In this document: piece by piece, positions 25,170-38,267 of the stretch
How positions within the stretch are numbered: position 1 is the first letter of the stretch
How the letters are laid out: each line of letters opens with the position of its first letter
Assembly: GCF_006345805.1 (NCBI RefSeq)
Contig: NC_043022.1
Coordinates: forward strand, 20,894,001 to 20,958,000
Length of the DNA: 64,000 bases
Source of the DNA: Octopus sinensis
Taxonomy: Eukaryota
Direction of reading: 5' to 3'
Notes under the pieces: generated by a model
What the model was told of the DNA's origin: nothing
The model's input: the letters and a program-made list of their open reading frames with translations, nothing else
Databases searched by the model: none
Made by a program: the position numbers and the translations under genes

Positions 25170-25531
25170 ATCTATCTATCTATCCATCCATCCATCCATC
25201 CATCCATCCTCCATCCATCCATCCATCCATCCCTCCATCATCCATCCATCCATCCTCCATCCATCCACCATCCATACATACATACATACATACATACATA
25301 CATACATACATACATACATACATACATACATACATACATACATACATACATACATACATACATACCATACATAAGAGTGAATACTGATAAGTGTAAGCAC
25401 CTGTATATGCCAGATAGTGGCAGAGGTAAAATACACTGATGTAATAACGGATTGTTTATTAAAGCTTGAAACATGTGTACCGCGATATCCTTTGTGTTCT
25501 GTTTTTAATTTATATTTAATATATATATATA

Positions 25532-25568
<37 letters not shown>

Positions 25569-26152
25569 CACACAGTACCGTGCAAATGTCTTCGGCTACT
25601 TTATGTATGCATGTATGTACGTATGTATGTATGTATGTATGTATGTATGTATGTATGTATGTATGTATGTGTGTATGTATGTATGTATGTATGTATGTAT
25701 GTATGTATGTATGTATGTATGTATGCATGTATGTTCAGAAGTGATGACGAAGTATTTTTCAATATTTGGACTTAAGTCGATAGGTCGTTGTCATCTATGA
25801 CCTTTAAAATGTTAGTTTTTTTTTTTAATACGTTTTAAAGTGTTTTGTTGTTTGAGAAGCAAAAATGTCGCTCTGTATCCTTCGTGAATTTATGGTGCCG
25901 AGCTAGCAGAATCGTTAGAACCCCGGGAAAAAAATTACTTAGTGGCATTCATTCCTGTTCTTTGCGTTCAGCTGAGTCAACTGGGCGAAAAGGGTCTGAT
26001 GCTGAAAGACCCGAAACTCTCTGAGATCTTAGAAACATCTGGGAGCATCCGTGAAATGCATCTCGAGACTAAATTACTTCTTAGGAGATAGATTTACCAA
26101 AATATGTCTTGAATCAGCTGAACGTATTAATTAAACGGTATTTACTCTCTCA

Positions 26153-26556
26153 AGGCGGCGAGCGGGCAGAAACGTTAGCACACCGGGCGAAATGCTTAGC
26201 GGTATTTCGTCTGCGTTACGTTGTGAGTTCAAATTCCGCCGAGGTCGATTTTGCCTTTCATCCTTTCGGGGTCGATAAATTAAGTACCAGTTACGCACTG
26301 GGGTCGATGTAATCGACTTAATACCTATGTCTGTCCTTGTTTGTCCCCTCTGTGTTTAGCTCCTTGTGGGTAATAAAGAAATAGGTATTTCGTCTGCGTT
26401 ACGTTGTGAGTTCAAATTCCGCCGAGGTCGATTTTGCCTTTCATCTTTTCGGGGTCGATAAATTAAGTACCAGTTACGCACTGGGGTCGATGTAATCGAC
26501 TTAATACCTATGTCTGTCCCCTCTGTGTTTAGCCCCTTGTGGGCAGTAAAGAAATA
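26153..26556 (+). mobile_element. SINE family A, head plus two body-tail units
   Basis: 16-bp TSD GGTATTTACTCTCTCA at 26137-26152 and 26557-26572. Confidence 0.9.
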
Positions 26557-26833
26557 GGTATTTACTCTCTCACTTATCAATATATACAGAGGCGGCGCTG
26601 AAAAGTTCCTGGCTTTGGCTAAAAGGAAATACAAGAGGGTCGGTTATTATCATTTTATTCAACAAATTCACCTCTCAGATACACACGCTTATTGCCGCGG
26701 TCCTTCAATTTTCCTAAGCCCTGTAAAAGAACTCATTTACGAGCAGGGACTTCAAATTCTCACGGCTGCCAGACTATGTTTAAGGGTATCTTGCACAGTG
26801 CAGTACCTTCCAAGTATTGGATGGCCAATATTT

Positions 26834-27761
26834 ATGGCTCATCCCATAAATAATGCGGTTTTCTTTTCAGTTGCATAAGCTAAAAGTCGGAGGGGGACGG
26901 CATAAACTATTAGCATCAACTTGCTATAAAATCAGGTAGGAATTTTACCATGTACTTATTCTTAGTGCAGGTTTTGAAGAGTACAGTTCGATTTTAACAG
27001 TTATAATGTCAACGCTATAATGGAAGTGGTAAAGGATCATATTCGGCATAGTTTGCTTTATGAGTTCAATAAAGACATCAACGCAACGGAAAGTGCGAGG
27101 AATATTAATGCAGTATATAAAGGACTGGACAATAAGCGTAAGCCAGTGTCAACGGTGGTTCTAGAAATTCCGAGCCGGAAACTACAGCCTAGAAGACGAG
27201 CTTCGTCTTGGAAGATCTGTAGAGCTCGACGAGGACGTCCTGCAAACCTTGGTGGAATAAAATCCCATCATAACTGTTGAGGAACTAGCAGAGAAGCTTG
27301 GATTTGGCCATTCAACCATTCATAGACACCTACGTGCTATCGGAAAGTGGCCGTCTTTGGTTTCAAAACGAAAAGTGTTCTTCTATCAGGATAATGCTCG
27401 GCTACATACAGCGAGGATGATATTCCAAAGGCTGGAGCAAATTTGAAAGCGAAACGATGCCCCACCCACCATATTCGCCAGACATTGCCCCGTCTGATTA
27501 TCATTTATTCCGCAGTCTTCAAAATCATTTGGACAGAAAAAAATATGAATTCTGTAAACGAGGTCAGAACAGTATTGGTTTAGTATTTTTCGTCACGGAC
27601 AAGTGGATTTTGGAAGAGGGGCTTTGCAAGTGTACCAGATAGATGGAAGAGCATTATAGAAAATGAAGGAGAGTATATTTTAGATTTTAAAAGTACTTTC
27701 TTTATCTTAATTTCTAAAAATAGAAGCATCAAAAAACCGCATTATTTATGGGATGACCCAG
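26834..27761 (+). mobile_element. Mariner (Tc1/mariner) element, internally deleted and frameshifted
   Basis: TIR (G)G(G/C)TCATCCCATAAATAATGCGGTTTT at both ends with TA nearby; ORF 27020-27280 IRHSLLYEFNK..ATESARNI (HTH); ORF 27457-27642 HPPYSPDIAPSDYHLFRSLQNHL. Confidence 0.9.
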
Positions 27762-28119
27762 TACACAGAGACAGACAGCGGGCTTTGGTCAGCCCGAAGC
27801 TAAGGTAGAGGACACTCACCCAAGGTTCCATGTAGTAGGACTGAACCCGAAACCATGTGGTCGGGAAGCAAGCTTCTCACCACGCCTGCGCCTATTAGTA
27901 TAGGTACATGGACATTTCTTTGAAGATATAAACGGAACAAACGTCTTATAAATAAAGTCATGTTATTCCCTCATTACAATCACGAAGACTCATCGCTTTA
28001 GTCATGCAACTTTCCATTTAGACTCCTTCCTCGCTTCAACTGTTTCTTTGTCAACCTCTCCCCCACCCCACCTCTCTCTACTTCAAACTATCCACTCTCA
28101 TCTTTTTCTCTCCTTCTCT

Positions 28120-28163
<44 letters not shown>

Positions 28164-28554
28164 GTTAAAATCGCTTACACTGCTTTTGATTAAAAATAAA
28201 ACTAGAAGCATTTCTTTTTCCTTTTCTCTCTGGTAAAATAAAACAAATGTTAGTCAGAGCTTAGACCCGGGTATTTATTCATTGCTGTCGTGTGTGACAC
28301 TTTGCGGGACAACAAAGATCGTATTAGGATGAGTTCGTGCTCTAAGACTGTGTACAAAGACATGGCTTTTGTTTTTTTGCTGTTGTTTTTTTTTCTGTTT
28401 TGCTTTTTTTTTTTTTTTTTTTTTGTTTTTTTGTTTCAGAAAGAAGTAATCCAGAAGCTATCGTCTGTTTAAAAATGGTCTGTTGCAGATGACGATCGAG
28501 TAATTTCTCGTCCGCTTAACTTACTCTTCTGACTAAACAGTGAACTGAACGATT

Positions 28555-28594
28555 CACACACACACACACACACACCACACACAACACAACCCAC

Positions 28595-28642
<48 letters not shown>

Positions 28643-28863
28643 ACACGCCACACACACACACACGCCACACACACACACGCATACTTATACACACAAACAC
28701 ATACGCCAGACACACATACTCACATGTAGACACATACCTTCATATATGCACACACTCACACACAAACACACACACTCACTCTCACACACACACACACATG
28801 CACACACTCACAAATTCACTCACACATACTCATATATACACACACACACTCAAACACAGACAG

Positions 28864-28902
<39 letters not shown>

Positions 28903-28920
28903 TACACACACACACACACC
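28555..28920. repeat. (CA)n field
   Basis: Direct reading. Confidence 0.95.
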
Positions 28921-29269
28921 AATGGATGGTGTTATCTCTTATAGAAAGTCTGGGCATCTGCAGCTAAAACGAGCTCCTTTTGGAAAACGCAGACACGAAC
29001 AAGGGTTTTTTTTGGGTCCCCTCTTCATGTTAGTTAGTTGTGCCAGGAAGGGAAGCAAGGGTCGATACATCTTAGCGCATGTGTTGTCGACAGAACGCAA
29101 GAAGGCGGAACGGGTGTTGGGACTTTTCGGGTCCGCATTTAAAGGTCTGATGCCCTTCCGCTACCCTTCCTGATCTCAAAACATTTAGTTGTCTCTCACG
29201 GCAGGAATATGGTGAACATGTTCTAAAAACCAAAACACACACTCGTGTGATTCAGTTGTGTGTGTGTGT

Positions 29270-29319
<50 letters not shown>

Positions 29320-29552
29320 AGTGCGCGTCTGTGTATTAGTGCCTGTTTGAGTGTTTGTCAAATCCATTTTAGCTGAGATTTTATTTTAAAAATCTTCAGT
29401 CACATTTACTGTGCTCCCCCCGACACACACACAAACACACACACACACACACATGCATACATACATACATACATACATGGAAGAGATAACAACATCATCA
29501 GCAGCTGCCCCAACATGTCTATGAGATATTACCTGCTCCTGCTTTAATAATA

Positions 29553-29624
<72 letters not shown>

Positions 29625-29689
29625 TATATATAGTACATATATATATATGATAATATATATATATATTATATATATTATACATACTAATT

Positions 29690-29930
29690 TACTTGTTTAG
29701 TCATTTGACTACTCATTCGCCTTTAGTCGAATAAATCGACCCAGGTTTTATTTTTGTAAGCCTAGTACTTATTCTATTGGTCTTTTTTGCCGAACCTCTA
29801 AGTTATGGGGACGTAAAACATCAACATCGGTTGTCAAGCGTGATTGGGAGGACAAAACACACACACACATACATACCATACAGTAATACATACATACATA
29901 CTACATACATACATATATGCATATAATATA

Positions 29931-29968
<38 letters not shown>

Positions 29969-30040
29969 GACGGGCAAGGCTTTGGTTAGCCCAAGGCTAT
30001 AGTAGAAGACACTTGCCCAAGCTTCTCACCACAGCCACAC
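29690..30040 (-). mobile_element. SINE family B, degraded
   Basis: CTAGTACTTATTCTATTGG..GTTGTCAAGCG..GACACTTGCCCAAG. Confidence 0.75.
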
Positions 30041-30315
30041 TTTTATATGCTGGTCACTGATAAAATTTTAAAGAAATTATTTTTTATTCTGTTTGTGTAT
30101 ATATTATATATATATATATATTACGTTTTGGGATTTGGCTTGCAGTGTAAATAACAGACACAGTCAGGACTATTGAAAAAGGTTGCAAGTTGCAACGAAA
30201 ATTTTAGGAAAATAAAAATAAGAAATAAGTGGAAATTGTACCAGTGAGTGTGTTAAATTATAAGGCACAAAAAGAAAATGACTCTCCCGAGACACAACTG
30301 TGTGTGTATATATAT

Positions 30316-30535
30316 AATGTGACCTTGTGTGTACCGTTGACGATTTTTTTTCCTCCGTCTTCCCTTCTTTGGATCTTTCCTTTTCCTATGTTTCTGACGA
30401 AGAGCTCCGCTCGAAACGTTAAACCCTCATTCTTCCCTTCTTTCCTGAGCGTCCAAAAATACTATACTTGTTACACGTCCTCGCGTGTTGTGTTTTCTCT
30501 TTGTGTTTTCATGTTTGGATTAACTTTATAATATG
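30316..30535 (+). mobile_element. Penelope-like terminal remnant (family P3) with hammerhead fold
   Basis: GTTT-CTGACGA-A-GAGC-TCC-GCTC-GAAA-CGTT-AAAC at 30390-30424; (TA)n on both sides. Confidence 0.6.
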
Positions 30536-30548
30536 TAAGTATGTATGT

Positions 30549-30587
<39 letters not shown>

Positions 30588-30722
30588 ATATATATGAATA
30601 GAGAGAGAGAGAGGGAAAGAGAAAGAGAGTGAGAGATATCTACAAACAGGCAGATAGTTAAAGACATGCATGCTGACATATATACAAAAGTGTATCTAAG
30701 AGTATATGTGTATGTGTGTGTG

Positions 30723-30792
<70 letters not shown>

Positions 30793-31212
30793 ATGCGTGC
30801 GTGCGCGCGTGTGTGTGTATTTTTAATGATAAGTTTATTTGTAGCCTCCAGATATTGACTCCCCATCTTCTGGTCACTGCCGACCCTCTAGTATTGACAA
30901 TTAACTCCGTCTAACAGATAATTACAACAATTAGTAAATTGAGGCCCTGCACACACACACACACTAACACACTCATATACACACACATCCATACCATACA
31001 TAACCATGTTTTTAACCAATATGTAAACTAGGTCATCATGCTAAATATCTAAATAACTGACATGAATATTTTTGGTTCTGAAAAATAAAAGGGGGAAGAA
31101 AAAACCGATAGAATTGCACAGTTTAATTTGTCTAATGGTGCAACTGCGGGTAGATATCATAGTTTCAGTTCTCATGCTTTATTGTTGTCTAACTACCATG
31201 AAATATGGTGGC

Positions 31213-32150
31213 GCGATGGTCCAGGGTTAAGAACAGCGAACACGCGATCGTAGGACTGCGGTTTCGATTCCCAGACCGGGCGTTGTGAGTGTTTATTGAG
31301 CAAAAATACCTAAAGCACCACGAGGCTCCGGCAGAGGGTGTAGCGAACCCTGCTGTAGTCTTTCACCACAATTTTTCTCTCACGCTTTCTTTCTGTTTCT
31401 GCGATGGCCCAGTGGTTAGGACAGCGAACACGCGATCGTAGGATTGCTGTTTCGATTCCCAGACCGGGCGTTGTGAGTGTTTATTGAGCAAAAATACCTG
31501 AAGCACCACGAGGCTCCGGCAGGGGGTGTGGCGAACCCTGCTGTAGTCTTTCACCACAATTTTTCTCTCACGCTTTCTTCCTGTTTCTGCGATGGCCCAG
31601 TGGTTAGGACAGCGAACACGCGATCGTAGGACTGCGGTTTCGATTCCCAGACCGGGCGTTGTGAGTGTTTATTGAGCGAAAATACCTAAAGCACCACGAG
31701 GCTCCGGCAGGGGGTGTGGCGAACCCTGCTGTACTCTTTCACCACAATTTTTCTCTCACACTTTCTTCCTGTTTCTGCGATGGCCCAGTGGTTAGGACAG
31801 CGAACACGCGATCGTAGGATTGCGGTTTCGATTCCCAGACCGGGCGTTGTGTGTGTTTATTGAGCAAAAATACCTGAAGCACCACGAGGCTCCGGCAGGG
31901 GGTATGGCGAACCCTGCTGTACTCTTTCGCCACAATTTTTCTCTCACGCTTTCTTCCTGTTTCTGTTGTACCTGTATTTCAAAGGGCCAGCCTTGTGACT
32001 GTATTTCAAAGGGCCAGCCTTGCCACACTCTGTGTCATGCTGAATCTCCCCGATATCTACGATTAGTGGGAGTACTCAGCCACTTGCAAGTTAATTTCAC
32101 GAGTAGGGTGTTCCGTTGGTCGAATCAGCTGGAACCCTCGTCCATCGTTA
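31213..32150 (+). mobile_element. SINE family D: four tandem 188-bp head units, then one tail
   Basis: Units start at 31213, 31401, 31589 and 31777 (GCGATGG..GTTTCGATTCCC..CTGTTTCT). Confidence 0.9.
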
Positions 32151-32594
32151 CGTTCCTGCTGAGGTCGACTTTAGCTTTGTTCCATTCGGGGTTGATATAA
32201 TATGTACAAGTTGACCGCTGGGGTTGATGTAACGAATTAACTACTGCTGGGTATGAATATAAATGAATCGCACCCTCTGCCAAGCCATGTTGAGCCAGTG
32301 TAAGCTCATCAAACCAGTATTATCTCGAGTTCAAATTCACGGCCTCCACATCAGACCACGGTTGGGTGGAGGAAATCATGCTGAGGCCTTCGACCTGCAT
32401 TGGGCTGACCATAAGCAATCCGATCCAGTCTAAACTACCAAGGGAAGAGTTTAATTTCAGAAAGAGATGTGAAGGAAGAGAAAAGACAGAGAGGGGCAAG
32501 AGAGAAAGCAGATATTGTTCAGTGAGAAATGTTTCCAATAAATAACGACTGTGAGTTTTATTCAAACAAATAAATGTACTTAGCTACACGGTTG

Positions 32595-33568
32595 GGATCT
32601 TTTCGGTTTGAACGGCAGTTTTTTCTCTAGCGGTGTCTTATGAAATTGTCACCCATAATTGTTACACTAGAATCGATCTATTGCATTTCAATCTCTTTTA
32701 GGGTTAGGGTTAGGGTTAGGGGTGGGGGGAAGGATATCTTTTCGGTTTGAACGACAGTTTTTTCTAGCGGTGTCATATGAAATTGTTACCCATAATTATG
32801 ACCCTAGTTACGATCTATTGCATTTCAATCTGTTTTAGGGTTAGGGTTAGGGTTAGGGGTGGGGGGAAGGGTATCTTTTTTTCTTCACAAATGTAAATAA
32901 ACCCGGCGATCTTTCGTCTCTAGTAGACCTTTCCGTCGATTTCCGTAATTTTTTTTTTTATATGGGCTTGCGGGAACTTTTGAAGTAATGAGAGCGAAAG
33001 AGACGAAGAGAAAGCGATTATATGACGAGGGAAGTTCTTTTGAAGTTACCGTGCATTGGAAGCATTGATGGACATGTGTGTGTGTTGTGTGTTTGATGGG
33101 GTGTGGGAGACAGACAGTATGTTGTGTAAGTGAAGTGCTTCTGTTAGTGTGTGTGAAGAGACAGAGTAATGTGTGAAAGAAAGAGATAACTGAAATTTTT
33201 TACTCGGTGTATGTGTATATGTATGTATATTACTTCAAAAGTTCCCGCAAGCCCATATGTAAAAAAAAAATTTTTTACGGAAATCGACGGAAAGGTCTAC
33301 TAGAGACGAAAGATCGCCATAAACCCAATCTGTTTCTTAAACGAGGGACATATTCATACGGCACAGAATGATTTTTAACTCAATAGAACTGGTTGAAATT
33401 GCAGAAATTGAAGAAAAAACAACAAATGTCTTACAAACTATAGAATTTTCTCAATAAAGCCAAGAGAAAAAGATGCTTTATAAACACATTCTACTAGTAT
33501 ACGAAGTTTAACATTTTTTAGTTACCTAGAAATTATGTTAAAAACTGCCGTTCAAACCGAAAAGATCC
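32595..33568. mobile_element. MITE family M1, with a partial internal duplication and a nested MITE
   Basis: GGATCTTTTCGG...CCGAAAAGATCC termini; two (TTAGGG)n blocks; no clear TSD. Confidence 0.8.
32905..33318. mobile_element. GG-terminal MITE family M2 nested in M1
   Basis: About 85-bp TIR GGCGATCTTTCGTCTCTAGTAGACC..; perfect 8-bp TSD ATAAACCC. Confidence 0.88.
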
Positions 33569-33639
33569 CCTTTTGACTCCTGCCTCTCTTCGCTTTCAAT
33601 CAAAGTTTCAAAGCTGCTGAAGAAGTTCGAGACATTTGT

Positions 33640-34140
33640 GTTCGTGGACGGAGAAGGTGTTGTTGCTGAAACAACTGCATAGAAATGGTTTTCAGACAGA
33701 GAAATTCGTCCTCGCAGACTCTCCACGTTCCAGCAAACCTGCTCAGTTCACCGAGAGACGCTCGAACCAAATTCTCCACGAGAATCTATACCAAGCCTCA
33801 AGAGAATTGACCCAGCAGATGAGATATTCTCAAGATGCTGTCGGCTGTCACCTTCACACGTTGGGTAAGGTCCAAAAGTTCGGTGCATGGGTGCTACGCT
33901 CTCTGAATGAAAGAGACAAACTCCGGTGTTCCTCGATTGTCACCAGCTAGTTTGTTTGACACCAGGTTACTAGTGGACACAAACAGAGATTTCTTAAGCA
34001 CATCGCCACTGGCGATGAAAATGGTATCTTTTCGTGAAGATGATGCCGAGGAAACAATACCTGAGTTCCGACAAGCAAAGCAGGCCAGAGCTGCGATCAT
34101 GCAAACGATGATCTGCATGTATGCTATTAGGAAATGCTAT
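33640..34140 (+). pseudogene. Mariner transposase remnant
   Basis: DSPRSSKP..SRELTQQM..HLHTLGKVQKFGAWVLRSLNE (WVPxxL-like), then FLKHIATGDE in a shifted frame at 33990. Confidence 0.8.
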
Positions 34141-34308
34141 GAGTGGAGGGTCGCGGTTCGAATCTCAGACCGAGCGATGTGTGTGTTTATGAGCGAAACA
34201 CCTAAGCTCCACCCGGCTCCGACAGAAGGTAATGGCGAATAGCTTAGTCATGGAATGAAGTAAAGCGATCGACTTTGAATTGAGCTGGGAAAGATATATG
34301 GGGACAAC

Positions 34309-34346
<38 letters not shown>

Positions 34347-34627
34347 ATATATATATATATATATATTTTAATATATTAGATATATTTATATATATATATA
34401 TATAATATACGACAGGCTTCTTTCAGTTTCCATCTACAAAATTCACTCATAAGGCTTTGGTTAGCTCAAGACTATAGTAAAAGACACTTACCCGAAGTGT
34501 CACGCAGTGGGACTGAAACCGGAACCACGTGGTTGGGAAAAAAACTTCATACCACATAAAACTGTTGGACAGGTTATTAATTAAAGGTGAGACTATTGGG
34601 AGTCAACAGTTAATAGAAATTATATAG

Positions 34628-34809
34628 ACAGGTGTGGCGGCTGTGTGGTAAGAAGTTTTGTTGTCCAACCACATGGTTCCGGGTTCAGTCCCACTACATG
34701 ACAATTCTGCTATTGCCTCGGGCCGACCAAGGCCTTGTGAGTGGATTTGGCGAACGGAAACTGAAAGAAACCCGTCGTGTGTGTATATGTACGTGTGTTT
34801 GTGTTTGTG

Positions 34810-34908
<99 letters not shown>

Positions 34909-35150
34909 TGTGGGTTTGTGTCTGTGTTTGTCCCCCACTACCGCTTAACAACCGATGCTGGTTTGTTTGCGTCCCCGTAAATTAACGGTTCGGTAAAAAA
35001 AAAAAAAGAGCGAAAGAATAAGTACCACACTTTAAAAAAAAAGGGGGGGAGGGAGGGATCGATTCATTCAACCAAAACAAAAAAAATTCCTCAAGGCGGT
35101 GCCCCAGCATGGCCACAGTCTAATGACTGAAACACGTGAAGGACAAACGA
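34628..35150 (+). mobile_element. SINE family B (head-to-head with a minus-strand B fragment at 34400-34560)
   Basis: GGCTGTGTGGTAAG..GCCCCAGCATGGCCACAGTCTAATGACTGAAAC. Confidence 0.85.
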
Positions 35151-35285
35151 TAAAAAGATTCATATATACGTATTTATTACAGAACAAGCGTATAAATGTG
35201 TATAAAGCGTATGCGAAAGCTTATGTATGCGAGTATCTATGTGCGTGTTGGTGTAGAGATAGAGAGAGTGTGTGTGTGTGTGTGT

Positions 35286-35322
<37 letters not shown>

Positions 35323-35329
35323 TTGTGGT

Positions 35330-35760
35330 GTGTGCGCGCGCTTGCAGAAGTGTGAAGGTGTGTGGTGTGTGTGTGCATGTGTGATGTGTGCATGTGTGTG
35401 TTTTGTGTGTAGTAACGCGACGTACGTGCATGTGTTGTGTGTGTCATGTGTGTGTGGTGTGAGTGCGCGCTTGCACCGACGTAGTTGTGAGTGTGTTTTG
35501 TGCTTGTGTGTGTGTGTGCATGTGTGGCATGTGTGTGACTATGTGTGTACATGTATGCGCGTACGTACGTGCATGTGTGTGTGTGTGCATGTGTGTGTGA
35601 GTGTGTGCGCGCGCTTGCACCAACCTGTGGGGTGTGTTTTGTGCTTGTGTGTGTGTGTGTGCATGGTGTATGTGTGTGTACATGGTGTGTACATGTAGCG
35701 CGTACGTACGTGCATGTGTGCGTGTGTGCATGTAGTGTGAGCCGCGCTTGCACAACCTAA
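35330..35760. repeat. About 135-145-bp minisatellite built from (GT)n, marked by GCGCGCTTGCA
   Basis: Marker motif recurs near 35336, 35465, 35609 and 35742 with matching spacers. Confidence 0.7.
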
Positions 35761-36197
35761 TTGTGTTACTTGTGTGCCACGCAATGTGTGTGTACATGAA
35801 TGTGTGTGTACACGCACACGCACACGCGCACATGTGTGGATGTGTCATGTGTGGTGACACTGTGTGCGCGTACCACACGCACACAAGTGGACAGGGCAAT
35901 GATAAGGTGAGGCGTTTCAAAGAACCACACTGCAATACAAATAAAAAAAAAAGAAAAAAACCTCACGAGTGGAGCTTGTTAAAAAAAAAAAAAAAATTCC
36001 TTTTGCCAGGGGCCTCTTATCTAAATCCGGTCCGACATCTGTATTCTGTGAAGGTAGTTAGGGTCAGACGGGGCGTGGGGGGAGGCATTTCACATGCCTT
36101 GCTCTCTTTACTATATCACACACACACACACACACACACGCACGCACACGCACACACACACACACACACACACGCACGCACACGCACGCACACACAC

Positions 36198-36242
<45 letters not shown>

Positions 36243-36464
36243 ACACACTATATATATATATAATATTATGTATCAGTCGAGGTAGACTATTTCTAATTGA
36301 CAGCTAGGGTGCATATGCCTACGTGAGAGCATGTGTATATACGTGTGTATTTGTGTGTGTATATGTGCGTGTGTGTGTGTGTGTATGTAGGTAGGCAGGT
36401 ACGTATACACATATATACATACCCCCGTACATTTAATTATTAACGCATAACAAATATATAATTA

Positions 36465-36506
36465 TATATCTATCTGTCTATTTATTTCTTTATCTACCTA
36501 TCTGTT

Positions 36507-36575
<69 letters not shown>

Positions 36576-36693
36576 GTCTATCTGTCTGTCTACTGTCTGT
36601 CTGTCTGTATCTATCTATATCATCATCTATCTATCTATCTAGCTATCATCTATCTATCTATCTCTATCTGTCTGTCTACTGTCTGTCTGTCTG

Positions 36694-36762
<69 letters not shown>

Positions 36763-36803
36763 AATCTATCTATCTATCTATCAATCTGCTATCTGTCTGT
36801 CTA

Positions 36804-36873
<70 letters not shown>

Positions 36874-36943
36874 GTCTGTCTACTGTCTGTCTGTCTGTCT
36901 ATCTATCCATCCATCCATCCATCCATCTATCTATCTATATCTA

Positions 36944-36985
<42 letters not shown>

Positions 36986-37125
36986 GAACGTATGTATGTA
37001 TGTATGTATGCATGTATGTATGTGTGTGCGTACGTACGTACATACGTACGTTGGTATGTATATTTGTATGTATATATGTATGTACGCATCCATGCATGCA
37101 TACGCGCGTGTGTGTGTATGTATGT
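36465..37125. repeat. (CTAT)n/(CTGT)n/(GTAT)n tetranucleotide field
   Basis: Direct reading. Confidence 0.95.
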
Positions 37126-37443
37126 ATGTCGTTATCCAGTTTTATTTCAAGATTCTTACCAATAGAGAAAGAGCCGGTTTCTCACCCAGATCCAAGGGTC
37201 CTTCATTGGAATTTCAACAACATCAACAGGTATTTTTGCATGTGTGCAGTATTTTGAGTCAGTGAATGAGCAGATTTGTATGATTTGTATGCGCGAAAGC
37301 TACGTTGTTATCCTCATTCCGTAAACGGTGGATTTTAACGGGTGGAGAGCTGAACCATCCTGGGGCACAGAAGATTCGCAATCTAGACTAAGGTCTGAAA
37401 GTTTACCACACCATAGTGGGTTACACCATGGTTCCTCTGCTAC

Positions 37444-37659
37444 AAGGCGGCGAGCTGGCAGAATCGTTAGCACGCCGGGCGAAATGCTTAGCTATATTTC
37501 GTCTGCCATTACGTTGTGAGTTCAAATTCCGCCGAGGTCGACTTTGCTTTTCATCCTTTCGGGGTCGATAAATTAAGTACCAGTTACACACTGGGGTCGA
37601 CTTAATCGACTGAATACCTATGTTTGTCCTTGTTTGTCCCCTGTGGGTAATAAAGAAAT
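37444..37659 (+). mobile_element. SINE family A
   Basis: TSD TGGTTCCTCTGCT at 37429-37441 and 37660-37672. Confidence 0.9.
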
Positions 37660-37679
37660 TGGTTCCTCTGCTTTGCGGC

Positions 37680-37870
37680 AGAAGTAGGAAGAAAGAATAA
37701 GAGAAAGTTGTGGTGAAAGAATACAGCGGAGTTCACCCCCTCAGCAGGAACCTCGTAGAGCTTAGGTGATTTGCTGAATAAACTCTCACAATGCCCGGTC
37801 TGGGAATCGAAACCGCGTTCTTACGACCGCGAGTCCGCTGCCCTAACCACTGGGCCATTGCGCCTCCACT
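37680..37870 (-). mobile_element. SINE family D head
   Basis: Minus strand GGAGGCGCAATGGCCCAGTGGTTAGGGCAGCGGACTCGCGG. Confidence 0.85.
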
Positions 37871-38034
37871 GATGTTGCTGTAACCAACTAGCTCCTTCCT
37901 ACAATATTTCTAGCTTTGTGTTTATAGTAAAAATGGTTGTTAATTAAAAAGGGTTATTAATTATAATCTAGCAATTTCAGGGAAGGGCGTAAGTCGATTA
38001 CATCGATCCCAGTGCGTAACTGGTACTTATTTAA

Positions 38035-38267
38035 AGGCGGCGAGCTGGCAGAAACGTTAACGCGCCAGGCGAAATACTTAGCGGTATTTCGTCTGCCGTT
38101 ACGTTGTGAGTTCAAGTTCCGCCGAGGTCGACTTTACCTTTGATCCTTTCGGGGTCGATAAAACTAAGTACCAGTTACGCACTGGGGTCGATGTAATCGA
38201 CTTAATCCGTTTGTCTGTCCTTGTTTGTCCCCTCTGTGTTTAGCCCCTTGTGGGTAGTAAAGAAATA
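38035..38267 (+). mobile_element. SINE family A nested in an antisense family A copy (37975-38405)
   Basis: TSD GGTACTTATTTAA at 38022-38034 and 38268-38280. Confidence 0.88.

Noticed and set aside
31205-31290. tRNA gene calls for SINE heads (also 37790-37870, 40489-40560, 24822-24890)
   Set aside because: A/B boxes are present, but the acceptor stem does not close, there is no T-run terminator, and each continues into a SINE body
31213-31964. CRISPR-like reading of regular repeats (also the SINE A arrays)
   Set aside because: Units are whole 178-188-bp tandem copies without unique spacers, in eukaryotic DNA with no cas genes
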